Assembly (NCBI RefSeq): GCF_001194135.2
Contig: NC_068981.1
Location: 11,286,692 to 11,347,535 of the forward strand
Length of the DNA stretch: 60,844 bases
Direction of reading: 5' to 3'
Source of the DNA: Octopus bimaculoides
Lineage: Eukaryota
Under the pieces are notes generated by a model. The model was not told the origin of the DNA. It was given only the letters and a program-made list of their open reading frames with translations, and did no database searches. How positions within the stretch are numbered: position 1 is the stretch's first letter; the number at the start of each line of letters is the position of its first letter. Position numbers and translations under genes: made by a program. This document shows positions 1 through 11,692 of the stretch, piece after piece.

Positions 1-210
1 TATATATATACAATGTATATATAATATATATATACATAATATATATCTGGACGTATGTGAGTATAAACACATAGTTTTGCTTTTATAAAAACACACACAT
101 ACACAAACACACACACATACACAAACACACACACATACACACACACACACACACACATATGCACACATATAGGTATATACGCATTTGCGTGTGGGTTTGT
201 ATTTATATGT
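1..210. repeat. Compound (TA)n/(AC)n microsatellite
   Basis: Directly visible dinucleotide runs. Confidence 0.9.
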
Positions 211-1191
211 GTGCGTCTGCCTATATATTTGCTCGCATCATATAGAAATATAACTACATTCATAATAATGTATTATATCTTACACATCACACGTTCTAGC
301 CATATTTATTACCTCCCTTCATTCTATATCCTCCATAATTCACATATTTCTAATTCAATTATCTGTTTTCGTTACCCATATTTCTATAAAATCTAATGTA
401 TTTACTCATAATTCAGCGGCGCCTCCATCCATGGCTACTATATCTGTCAGCAAGCATTGATCAAACTGATCGTCATTCATTCATCTTTCATTCTCTTACT
501 CAAAACCTTCATGTCTATTAATCAATTATATATCATTTAGTTATCCATTATTTATGGCTCTATAATTCTATCAATACTATAGGTAGCTATTTAGATGAAA
601 GGCACTATATCATATCTAAGAAATGTTCCATGGTTGTTCAGTCTAAGGTGTTCTTTTCGAATTGAGATATGATTAATATAATCATCCTGTATGTCTGCAA
701 AACGTCTGCGATTTGCGAATGAATAATTTTGCTGAAAGTTGAGCATAAAATAGTTTTCATCGGATTCGACTGATTTATTGTTTTAAATTTGGCTTGCAGT
801 CATCGTAATGATGTTAACACATCCAACAAAATAACCGTTGTCCTTCTGTAAATATATATAAGCAAAGAAACTGCATTTGCTTGAGTTATTTTATCGTTGC
901 ATCACGATTATTGCTGTCTCACGCCATATCCACACCGAGTTCGTTCTCATCAGACAGATATATATTGAAAGTTATTTCGTGCATGGCCTATTTAGTATTT
1001 ACTTGAGCATTTCGAATCTAGGATTACGTTATACTTTGTGTCCCTTCCTTTTTCCGAGGGCATGGTTTATATAAAGAAGTAGTTACTATTTCAAGAAATA
1101 TATGCGACTATAAACAAGCGTGAGTTTGGTAGCATGGAAAGAATAACAAACAATTAGATGAGTACATTATTTACATTAAATTAAAATTACA

Positions 1192-1236
1192 ATGAACGTA
1201 AACAAACAAACTTCATTTTTGTTTGTTTACGTTCAT
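1192..1236. repeat. Perfect 19-bp inverted repeat with 7-nt spacer
   Basis: ATGAACGTAAACAAACAAA (1192-1210) / TTTGTTTGTTTACGTTCAT (1218-1236). Confidence 0.9.
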
Positions 1237-1319
1237 CTCAATTTGAATTTAACGTATGATAGGGTCTCATAAAGCGAGATTTCTATACATCTTAAATTTA
1301 CAGAAGAATTTGTGGCGAG

Positions 1320-1392
1320 GGCGGTTGAGCTTAATGGCTCAGATCACCGCGACGCATAATCACGGAGGTGTGAGTCTCATAGCCGGCCGCCA
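1320..1392 (+). pseudogene. Degenerate tRNA-like sequence (tRNA pseudogene or orphan SINE head), CAT in anticodon position
   Basis: Acceptor-like GGCGGTT/GGCCGCC+A, D-arm GAGC..GCTC, anticodon arm CGCGA-CGCATAA-TCACG; T-loop missing. Confidence 0.45.
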
Positions 1393-1437
1393 ACACTTTT
1401 GTTCTGCAAAATAGGGATAACTTATCCTGTTCAGGCT

Positions 1438-1731
1438 ATATTATTTACATTATTTACATTTGACGGATATTTGTCCTCATCTTGTTTGTTGTTAACACAA
1501 CGTTTCGGTTGATATACCCTCCAGCCATCATCAGGTGTCTTGGGGAAATTTCGAACCTGGGTTCTCATTGCTAAGGTATTTTTCGATGTTATTATTATTA
1601 TTAATATTATTATTATTATTATTACTATTATTATTATTATCATTATTATCATTATTCAGGTCACTGCCTGGAATCGAAATCGGAATCTTGGAGTTAGTAG
1701 CCCGCGCTCTTAACCACTACGCCATATGCCC
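1438..1731 (-). mobile_element. tRNA-headed SINE-like element with (AAT)n spacer and Penelope-like 3' part containing a hammerhead motif
   Basis: Minus strand starts GGGCATATGGCGTAGTGGTTAAGAGCGCGGGCTACTAACTCC (A-box-like) and has a degenerate B-box (GATTTCGATTCC), then (AAT)n, CTGATGA..GAAACG and a TGTAAATAA tandem tail. Confidence 0.8.
1494..1539 (-). ncRNA. Minimal type I hammerhead ribozyme motif
   Basis: GACAC-CTGATGA-T-GGCTG-GAGGGTATAT-CAACC-GAAA-C-GTT-GTGTT: intact core, helix I GACAC/GTGTT, helix II with one mismatch, palindromic ACGT helix III, GUU triplet. Confidence 0.65.
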
Positions 1732-3464
1732 ATGTAAATAATATAAGTAATGTACATAATTACTCATCTCTTAAATATAGAACTGAATTAGATGAGTATT
1801 ATTGTTTTATATCAGGGAAATGAGTAATAACGGTAAAAAGAAAAGTATAAATACGTATAGCATAGATAGTCTATTCGTCTTCACGCTGGGACAAATGAAA
1901 TTTAAAAAATGATCAGAACATCTCAAAATACTCTTGCACGTATTACTATATTATGATATTCTAGTGAAAAGTAGTGTAACGTACTACTTGCATTTGCAAA
2001 GGTCTATCATTCGCATGTAGTAATGCATGGCCTCGTAATTATTGTAGTAGAATCACAGTCGTACTGTGACGTGTTCGATTCTCGAACTGAACCACTGCTG
2101 TCTTATTAGACTAGGCACTTCGTTTCTTGTTATTTAATTTAACTCAATTTATTTCTGTAGAGTGTCGCTCCTCAATGTATTGCAAGTGTAAGATGTGAAC
2201 GGCTGTCTATTACAGCAATATATCGGATGACGGCATTTAATTTATCACCCTTAGAAACTGCTTTATAATGATTTAGCTGTAGTTGTTATTAATTTCGATC
2301 AGATTTAAACGAGTCTTTCCATACCATCATTTTCTTTTCAGATATACTGGTCCTTTCTTACGACTGTAGGTTATGATACAGGAATGGGGGCTTGTAGACT
2401 ATTTTTAGTTTTAGGAGCTCAAACAACTGGCTAAGTCTCACTTCCCTTATGATGTTGATGTTAATAATGAATACAATGATGACAGCAACGTTTAAAGATA
2501 GTTATAACGGGGTAAATGATATTAGTAATAAAACGGTGGTGGAAGTGTTGATAGTCATGCTATCGGCAAACATGGTGGTGCTGTTTGTATTAGTGCTGAC
2601 GATGTTAATGGAGGTAGAATTGTATTGTATTTGATGATGATAAAATTTCAATTTAGTTAGATTATGTGAAAATGAACGAATAATTCATCCAGAAACTCGC
2701 CCAATTATATCTACTAAATGAGGTAATTTGCTGAGTTGAGTAAACCGTAAAAATAATCACCCATCAAATCTTCATAGTATCGGACAATTAATGGAGAAGA
2801 TCTTATCCATGAAACTGACTGAAGTGCTGGAATTTAATTTCCTATAACTGTTGATTTCATTTTCGATTCTAATTCAGAATTGCAGATTGCTATATTAATC
2901 CCATTCAGTTGTATGGCGATTAATTTGTGTTCTCCTAATTACCTCTTTGTCTATGTTCTAATAATAGACAGAAATGTGGCTTGTTTGAATAAGTTGGGTG
3001 TTAAGCAACAGATATGCAGTGTTTAAATACCTATCTGGATTCAAATCCCGGTGTGGTTGTCTTTACTTTTCGCTCCAATATGTCTAAACATCTAAGAATT
3101 GGATAAATATCCAAATATAATAGATATTCACAAACATATGACGCCTAGTGTCGGTATTTAAAATCGATGCACACTGTTATTGCTCGTGTTTCGACTACAT
3201 ATTGATAGAAAACTTGTAAACTATTGAAGATATTAGCTCAAGTATTTTGCCATAGTTCCAACTTTATGTCAATCTTATACTTCTCGTAACGCATGAAGGA
3301 AAATTAAAATACCATTTTTGAAATTTAGCAATTAACCGTCGTAGGATTTTAAGATACGCACAGAGTTTAATTCATGGTGCATTAAAATTTACTTACTCGC
3401 AAGGACAAAGGTTGATTAAAATGCCTTTCGGAATGATTGTTCATTTCTTGAGAGATTTACACAA

Positions 3465-3670
3465 ACCATCGTGTACTTTAATATCACAATCTGATCCTTG
3501 GTTGTCATTAGTGAAATAAACTCTGTGCGATAATTTTGGCTAGTTCCCTGGCATGTGAATATTTTCCTCCATCTTTCTCGCCTGTCTCAAAAGAGGTTAG
3601 GGTCCGTGGTGCAAATGTCCACGGACCCGCTCGTTAAGCTCTTCCTCTCTCATATAAGACAGCGATGGAA
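3465..3670 (+). pseudogene. Decayed FN3-like segment 1
   Basis: TIVYFNITI*SLVV (A/B-strand-like) then, after a frame change, SPVSKEVRVRGANVHGPAR*ALPLSYKTA (3593 onward), resembling the L-x-P-x-T-x-Y-x-V-R-V-x-A-x-N-x-x-G-x-G-P consensus. Confidence 0.5.
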
Positions 3671-4599
3671 CACCACAAAGCTCTCATAGACATTTAAATT
3701 GAACACAGTTAAATGCTTTACTCACAACTGGAGGGCTTGGGAAGGCGAAAAAGACTGCAGACATAGCTGACTAAATATGAAACAACATCTGCATATGATT
3801 ATAGATATACTGGAATTGTATGCATTAAATGAACTTTAAACTGCTTAGCTGACAAATAATGATTTGCAGTCATTCTGTATAATATACTGAAAGACTATAT
3901 AGAGCATGACGAAGTCTATATTAAATTAAGAACGATTTAAATATTTTAACATGCATTCCTCTAATTCTTCTGAACAATCATTTCATGTAAGTTTTCTGAG
4001 AGGGATGACCGAAAGCCTAATTTAATTTAAAAGTCAAAATTTTTATTCTATAATAATTTCAGTTACTATTTTCTTGAGTTTAATCTAAATATTTCTGACA
4101 TTTCCATATAGTAAAATTGGGTACACGGCTATTTGAAAGCCGTCTCTTCAACGATTCGATTAAAATTTAATGATTCACGAAATATATTTCATATAGCAAA
4201 AGCTACGTAGTTAGCTGAACATGAGCTGTCTTATTAAGATATTGTTAATACATATTCGGTGATGCCATTAGATTAAATGTACTCACGATTAGCAAATTTC
4301 TTATGATTATGTAAATGAGAATATCAACTAACTTCTTGAAATGCAGTTTGAAGATACTGAGGTAAAATAATCTCCATGAATTAGGTTTTGCTTTTCTCTT
4401 AAAGAATTACAAATATATGAGGACGTCAATGCTGTGGCGTAAAGTTCGCTTCAATCCAGCGTAGTTCCAGATTCGGTTACAACTTGTGGCATCTCGGTCA
4501 AATACCGCAAAAAAAAAATTAACACAACTTTAAAGATTTGAGCAATATAGTTGCCGAAGAGTATGAGAGAACGTGATACATACGTACATGCATACATGC

Positions 4600-5440
4600 A
4601 TTCTTTCGAAGCAAACCCCACTCAAGCGCAGCAGGAACCATGACAGCGAATCCAGGACAAATTAGCCGCGCATCGAGACCCCTACATTCGGTGAACGCAG
4701 CCACCAGCCGCAGGCTGTGTTCTTCCGCCCCTGCAGACTTGTAAAGGGCGGAAGGGACCCCGGGGTACACAACAGACCTGATATAATGATTTGGGATAGA
4801 GAATAAAAACTGTGCATAATTGTGGAGATTAGCTACCCAGCGGATGTTAACTTAAAGCTGAAGATCAGTGAAAAAGAGAAAACCTATGCTGAGCTATTGA
4901 GAAATCTGCAATTACTCTATCCAGATTACAAATTCACGTTTATACCTGTAATTATTGTGGCTCTGGGATATGTAAAACACTGCCTAAATAGCAATCTTGA
5001 GATATTAATCTTCTCAAAACTAGAGAGAAGAAAGCTAATTCGAAGAATACAGATCCAATCCATCACCGGAAATGTAAAAATCTGTAAAACTTTCCAGAAG
5101 TTTATCATTTAAATATATATGAGCATGTCTAGATATGCAAATATATGCATGAGAATACATACATAAATCATACAAATCTGCACATACATACATACATACA
5201 TACATACATACATACACACATACATACACACATACATACACACATACATACATGCATACATACATACATACACGCATGCACGCATGCATGCATACATACA
5301 TATACACATTCATACATACATACATACATGCATGCAAACATACATACATACAAACAAAAAATATCCTGTTGTTGGAATTTTAGGCTAGAAACCGGTTCTT
5401 TCTCTTTTGGTAAGAAATCTTGAAATAAGCTTAATAGTGA
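4600..5440 (+). mobile_element. R4/Dong-like non-LTR retrotransposon 3' end (restriction-like endonuclease + 3' UTR) preceded by a GC-rich 170-bp block
   Basis: 4771-5112 reads NRPDIMIWDRE*KLCIIVEISYPADVNLKLKISEKEKTY...CKTFQKFII* (RPD..E..P.D..K motif); 3' UTR matches the copies at 17.9 and 54 kb. Confidence 0.85.
5165..5350. repeat. (TACA)n/(CA)n tract within the LINE 3' UTR
   Basis: Directly visible. Confidence 0.9.
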
Positions 5441-5659
5441 CATACATATGTATGTATGTTGGCAGTGAGCTCCTCAAGAAGCACTCTCTTCCTTATGACC
5501 TCCTACACAGCCCGAAAACAGCTGTGTCGTCTTACCTCAGAGAAGATCTGAATGGAAATCACTCAGCTTCCCCCCCCCCCAGCTCATACTGTTACTATCA
5601 CCCCATTACAGAAAGGTTAAATGTGTGTGTTCGTTCAGTATATCACTTCAGTCCCTCTT

Positions 5660-5830
5660 TCTCACATATACCCACTCTTTCTCTCTCTCTCTCTTATTAT
5701 TACTCGCACTGCCACCATCAACACTACTACTTTTGATAAAACATCATCAGCTCTCCCTCAATTTCTTTGTTTCTCTTTCTCTCCTGTTTTTTCTTTCTTT
5801 CTCGCTCTCTGCCTCTCTCTCTGTCTGTCT
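5660..5830. repeat. Degenerate (CT)n pyrimidine tract
   Basis: Directly visible. Confidence 0.8.
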
Positions 5831-6049
5831 TCGCCACTACTATTACTCTCACCCCATTATGAGAAATAGTAGGAGCGTCATCGAATAGTGAGAGAGAAAG
5901 TCTAAGTGAGACACGCTGACACACAAAAATTAGTTTTCGCATTTATTATATATATATATATATATATGCTGTGTGAAATTGTAAAAAAAAAAAGGAAATA
6001 AATTTTGAGGATGACCACATTCTATATCGCTCTGTATTGTTATAGTTAT

Positions 6050-6240
6050 TCCACATTCTGCACATTCTATATCGTTATAGTTACTGCTAATATACACTCC
6101 AGATAATATTACCATCCAGAGAAATGAATACGAACTTAACCATCGGTGGAATTTACAACGTGAGAGGCAACTCATAATAGTTAGACATAACCTGGAACAT
6201 AACTGAGAGCCACCACGTTATCCACCCGATTAAGATATTC
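6050..6240 (+). pseudogene. Decayed FN3-like segment 2 (end of one domain, start of next)
   Basis: STFCTFYIVIVTANIHSR* then, frameshifted, EMNTNLTIGGIYNVRGNS**LDITWN (Trp codon 6193-6195). Confidence 0.45.
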
Positions 6241-6248
6241 CTCTAGAC

Positions 6249-6340
6249 CAGTGATTTCCAAAGTGGGCAGCACTGGCCCCTGGTGGGTGGGAAAAGCTCC
6301 AGTGCGTCGTTGAAGAGAAGTGGGATGATAATGAATGTGC
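6249..6340. mobile_element. Possible hAT-type transposon end
   Basis: Starts CAGTGATTTCCAAAGTGGG, similar to CAGTGGTTCCCAAA-type hAT termini; no partner end found. Confidence 0.3.
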
Positions 6341-7823
6341 TCCAATACTACATGAAAAAAATCTGGTTAGTGTTAAGTTATATCGTTCAGTACATGTTTG
6401 AAAGGTGAAGAAAATTATCTCATGTGGAATGGGTGAATGGACATGCTATAAGTACGGGATCGTGGACAGGACAAAAGAAAGTGATGGAACCTGGTCTTCG
6501 AAATTAAAGCAATGCAGGCCATGCAGTTTTCCTTATTTGTTCGTTTTCCATATTTGATTACTTTTCCATATTTCGTCAGGTAATTATTCTCCTTATCTTA
6601 TATATTATGCAATACAGTTCACTTTATTTATTCCTTTCCGATGTTCATATATTATATATCGTGTCACACTGATCATAGCATCCCCATCAGTTTGTAATTC
6701 CTCCCTCCTGTTATCCCCAACTCGTCACTCACTTCGCAATAATAGAAATCCTTAGACTTATTATTTCTTCTATTGTTCTTATTACGTATTTTATAATGAA
6801 TATCATTTTTTAATTTTTTATACTTATTTTTTTCTTTTTGCTCTGATAACCTTCCCAACATTAAATCAAAATAAGGTTATTATCACAAGAAACATGACAA
6901 TGATATTAGCCACAGAGATAATGATATCGATACAAATTCCCCTGAAATCACATGTCAAGTACAACTGGATTCTATCTATGAAGCCCAGTTAATCCGTCAT
7001 AATTACCTGAAATCTAAATTCTCGTAAAACAGAAAATAAAAAATAAAGTCAGAAAGACACGGACTGAGAAACAAAACAAGTGTCCTCATTAGAGACACCA
7101 TAATGTCAAATTTAATTAAAGATATAATTCCACCGAAACCTATAAATTTCAGAAACAAACTTTAACAACTTGAAAAGAATTAAAAAAAGTAACTAAATAA
7201 TTTTGATAACAAATTTGAAATAATTAAAAAAATATATACCATTTAAACATATTTCTCGAAAAATTGAAATTTAAAAGAAAGTTTAAATGACTTGTTGAAA
7301 ACTTACAAAACAGTAACAATGAAAGAGAAAAAACAAATAACAAAAATTAATAAATTATAATTTAAAAATGTATCACATTGATTTTGTTCACAAAATAGAA
7401 AGGAAGACATACACAACTCTGAAAAAAAGATATTAGAATATTCGGTAAAATTACAAAACAAAGTGTGATAAATATCGCAATTCAACCTTAGTTCTGTACT
7501 GATTAGAAAAAAAAAATGCAAAAAATAAAACCAAAAGCAAAAACAAAAAACTTACTAAATGTTTTGTTTACGAAGCAAACTCAGTAAAGTAAGATTAACA
7601 AAGGTTCGTGTTTATTGGTGCCATATTGAATATATTAAATACAATTCAATGCTTATAAAATCATTTGTGCACCCATAAATGTGACTATAGATCATTGGTC
7701 ATCAACATTTCAAAGAATAAAATAACAAAAATGAAGACCAGTCACTTTTTAATTGATTATTAAACACATTAGTACAAATAGTCACATGTTAGATTTGTGA
7801 TCAGCAGTTTTGATTTTCATCTA

Positions 7824-8178
7824 GGCGCAAGAGTGACTGTGGTAAGTTGTTTGCTTACCAACCACATGGTTCCGGTTCAGTCCCACTGCATGGCACCTTG
7901 GGCAAGTGTCTTCTACTATTGCCTCGGGCTGAGCAAAGCTTTGTGAGTGGATTTGGTAGACGGAAACTGAAACAAGCCAGTCGTATATATGTATAAATAT
8001 ATATATATATATATATATATANNNNNNNNNNCGCCCCTCTAACTTAGCGGTTCGGCAAAAGAGACCGATAGAATAAGTAGTAGGCTTACAAAGAATAAGT
8101 CCTTGGGTCGGTTTCTTCGAGTAAAGGTGGTGCTTCAGCATGGCCGCAGTCAAATGACTGCAACAAGTAAAAGAGTAA
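7824..8178 (+). mobile_element. SINE family A (tRNA head, CCTTGGGCAAGTGTCTT domain, internal microsatellite)
   Basis: GGCGCAAGAGTGACTGTGGTAAG..GGTTCAGTCCCACTGC..; homologous copies at 10.6, 20.1, 32.7, 47.5, 49.4 and 58.9 kb. Confidence 0.9.
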
Positions 8179-8179
8179 A

Positions 8180-8790
8180 GTGGTGAGTTGCCAGAATCAT
8201 TAGCAAGCGGACGAAAGTGCTTAGGGTTATTCCGTTCGGCTTTATGTACTAACTTCAAATTCCACCGCAGTTGACTTTGCTTTTCATCTATTTCCGGTCG
8301 ATAAAAATAAGTACCAGCTTTCGACTAGGGTCGATGTAATCGTCCAGCCCTTTCTTACACAAAATTTCAAGCCCTGTTCTTGTAATAGAAAGGTATATCT
8401 GATAGAAGGATAAAACGATGAACTGATTGAATCGTTATCCGGCCGGACAAAATGCTTAGCAGCATTTCATCCGTATTTACGTTTTGAATTTATATTCCCA
8501 CGAGGTTCACTTTGTCTTTCGATAGAAAACCTATTTCAGAAATACTGGAGTCAACTTACCCCTCCCCTCAAAGACTGCTCGCTCTATTCCAACATTTGAA
8601 ACTAATAGAAGGGCAGTAAGCTTGCAGAACCGTTAGAGGTATCTTTCCAGCTCTTATATTCTGAGTTCAAAGCACGCGTAGTCAACTTTGATTTTCTCCC
8701 TTTAAGGTCGATAAGATAGGTACAGTTTGTATATTTGGATCGATATAATCGATTCATCCTCACCTGAAAATTACTGGCCTTCGGTAATAG
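8180..8790 (+). mobile_element. Three tandem degenerate copies of SINE family B
   Basis: Repeated GCAGAATCGTTAGC..AAATGCTTAG..GAGTTCAAATTCC..GTCGATAA..GTACCAG pattern starting near 8180, 8425 and 8610. Confidence 0.8.
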
Positions 8791-9639
8791 AATAAATTTA
8801 CATCGCTAGCATACAGATTATATAAACCTGATTCTGATGGTATGATTAACCTTTCAAGAGAAGCTAATGTCTATAAGACCTGGGGAGAATGCAACTTTCT
8901 GTGAGACACGTATATACTTTTGAACACTGAATATAAAGGTCAGCAGAATCAAAAATATTATTTGAGCTACAACCAATGGCTTATTCTCAAGGAAAATCAC
9001 ATTAAACTAATGAACAAAGAGTATCATGGATATAATTAGTCTATCCATTCGATTATAATTTGGGACAATTTATGTTAACTCAAAAATGTGGAATCCCTTT
9101 CTTGATTCAAGGGATGTTCTTAGAAGTTGAACACACACGTTGTGCAGCGCATATATTTCTCCAAGTTTGACTAACTATAACGTTTAAACAGACATATTTG
9201 CTATTTTGTATTTTATTGCGTAATATTTCTCTCTTAAAGGATATTTCACGCAATCATTATATACATCCGCACGCAGCCACACAGATATATGTATACTATA
9301 TACTCGTTTTCTCGTTGTGTCATGTATTAGTTTATGTTTCTTATCTATTAAATCATAAATTCAGACGAGACATCTGGAAAACTTATTAGAAAAGGTAGTA
9401 TTACTTTTATAATCTTACAGCATATTTCCTCTGGTAAGTTTCATTGTCATTATGAGAGTGTATAATTTAAATTAGCTTCATACTTGAACAAAATTTCCCA
9501 GAAGCGCATTTCCCAAGAGAAATTACAAATCGTAAACAAAACGAAAGCAGTTAGAAGGTAGAATAATAAACCAAAACGCCAATATATATAATTCTACGAA
9601 TATAGATTTGTTACACACACGATTAGAGGAAATGGACAG

Positions 9640-10025
9640 TCGATTAAATTAACCCAGTACTGAAATGCTACTTTGTTTTATTGGTACCAGAAAAACGAAA
9701 GACAGGGATTTGAACATCGAATGGAAATGTTTGCGACTATGTAACACAAATCATTAGGATTGAAACACCAACGATTCTGCTTCTGCTAGTCTACCGTCCT
9801 GGTACTTACATTGATTTTAAATTTTGGCACAGGGCAAGTAAATTAGGGAATGGGGATAATTCGATTACATGAATCCAGTACGCAACAGGTATTTATTTCG
9901 TTGACCCCGAAAATGAGAAAGGCAGTAGATGCAGGTGGAATTTGAACTAAGAACAAGAAGACGGAAGAAATACTGCTACGCGTCTTGACCAGAGTGCTAA
10001 CGATTCTGCCATCTCTCCGACCAAC
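9640..10025 (-). mobile_element. Two degenerate SINE family B copies
   Basis: Reverse-complement matches to the family B body (GGAATTTGAACT, AACGATTCTGCC). Confidence 0.75.
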
Positions 10026-10224
10026 ATGGTACTCATATTGAAAGTGCCGATCACTATCACTACTACAAAAATACTATGTATTTGTTTTTATTGGCGGGTG
10101 GGACATAACCCTTCTGACCATTCTGAAAAGAACGCAATCATAATAGGATTCGAGATCGAGATATAGAAGAACCCAATTGAAAAAAATCAAGATTTTATCC
10201 ATCGGCCACTTATTATTATCACAA

Positions 10225-10350
10225 CTATTATCATCGGACAAAATGCTTAGCGGCATATCGTCCGCTCTTACATTCTGGGTTCTAATTCCGTCGAGGTCGA
10301 TTTTGCCTTTCATACTTTCGAGGTTGATAAAATAAGTACCAGCTCTCGAC
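10225..10350 (+). mobile_element. SINE family B fragment
   Basis: CGGACAAAATGCTTAGCGGC..GAGGTCGATTTTGCCTTTCAT..AAGTACCAG. Confidence 0.8.
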
Positions 10351-10584
10351 TGGTGATTATTATCCCAACACCGATACTGCCCTTGTATTTCATTGTATTG
10401 TTTACTTCGTGAATGTGAATACCGAGTTAGGCATTTCTTTTCTTTTTTTTTTTTGGTGCAAGATGTTATAAACATTGTATTTAACTGTTATTTATTTTAT
10501 CAACTACAGAAGAAATAAAACCAAATTAATCCTCACTTGGAGTCTAATTGGAACATAAAGAAAAGTAATTATTCTTCTATTCTT

Positions 10585-10970
10585 TTATTCATTTACTTGT
10601 TTCAGTCATTTGACTGCGGCTATGCTGGAGCATCGCATTTAGTCGATAAAAAATCGACACCAGGACTTATTCTTTGTAAGTGTAATATTTATTCTATCGA
10701 GATCTTTTGCCGAACCGCTACGTTACGGGGACGTAAACACACCAACATCGGTTGTCAAGCGATGGTGGGAGGGACAAACAGACACACACACACACACACA
10801 CATACACATATATATGACGAAGTTCTTTTATTTCCGTCTACCAAATCCACTCAAAAAAGTTTGGTCGGCCCGAGGCTATAGTAGAAGACACCTGCCCAAG
10901 GTGTCACGCAGTGGGACTGATCTCGGAACCATTTGGCTGGTAAGCAGGTTACTTACCACACAGCCACTCC
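10585..10970 (-). mobile_element. SINE family A, near full length
   Basis: Reverse complement of the 7824 and 49436 copies. Confidence 0.9.
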
Positions 10971-11182
10971 AAAACTATTGGTTACAAATTTTGGCNNNNN
11001 NNNNNNNNNNNNNNNNNNNNNNNNNNNNNNNNNNNNNNNNNNNNNNNNNNNNNNNNNNNNNNNNNNNNNNNNNNNNNNNNNNNNNNNNNNNNNNNNNNNN
11101 NNNNNNNNNNNNNNNNNNNNNNNNNNNNNNNNNNNNNNNNNNNNNNNNNNNNNNNNNNNNNNNNNNNNNNNNNNNNNNNNNN

Positions 11183-11290
11183 AAAAGCAAAAATAGACCC
11201 CTGTGGAATTTGAACTCAGAACGTGAAGACTAACAAAATACTGCTAAACTTTCGCCTGGCGTGCCAACGATTCTGGCAGCTCACCACTTC
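11183..11290 (-). mobile_element. SINE family B 5' part next to a gap
   Basis: GGAATTTGAACTCAGAACGT..CCAACGATTCTGGCAGCTCACCAC. Confidence 0.75.
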
Positions 11291-11325
11291 AATTAGCCAA
11301 AATATTTTGTTCTCATTAATCTAAT

Positions 11326-11692
11326 TGTCGTCGTCGCGGTACTCCGTCGGTTACGTCGACGAGGGTTCCAGTCGATCCGATCAACGGAACAGCCTGCTCG
11401 TGAAATTAACGTGCAGGTGACTGAGCACTCAACAGACACGTGTACCCTTAACGTAGTTCTCGGGGACATTCAGCGTGACACAGAGTGTGACAAGTCTGGC
11501 TCTTTGAAATACAGGCACAACAGAAACAGGAAGAAAAAGTGAGATAAAGTTGTGGTGAAAGAGTACAGCAGGGTTCGCCACCACACCCTGCTGGAGCCTC
11601 GTGGAACTTTCGGGGTTTTTGTTCAGGGAATCGAAACCGCGATCCTACGACCGCGAGTTCGCTACCCTAACCACTGAGCCATTGCGTGTCCA
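11326..11692 (-). mobile_element. SINE family C with perfect 12-bp target-site duplication
   Basis: Minus-strand tRNA-like head (GCAATGGCTCAGTGGTTAGGG..GGTTTCGATTCC); TSD CATTAATCTAAT at 11314-11325 and 11693-11704; related to 45757-46030. Confidence 0.9.

Noticed and set aside
2341-2433. IYWSFLTTVGYDTG after a good acceptor, reminiscent of a K+ channel pore (TTVGYGD)
   Set aside because: Lacks the second Gly of GYG, the pore helix is too short, and no other channel segments are nearby; likely chance.
5500-5540. CTTATGA..CCCGAAAACAGCTGTGTC hammerhead look-alike
   Set aside because: Core is mutated and neither helix II nor helix I can pair.
6620-7760. Very AT-rich blocks (also 20.9-21.7, 23.5-24.5 and 39.6-40.2 kb) as possible Penelope ORF relics
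   Set aside because: No RT or GIY-YIG motif could be read; treated as low-complexity sequence.
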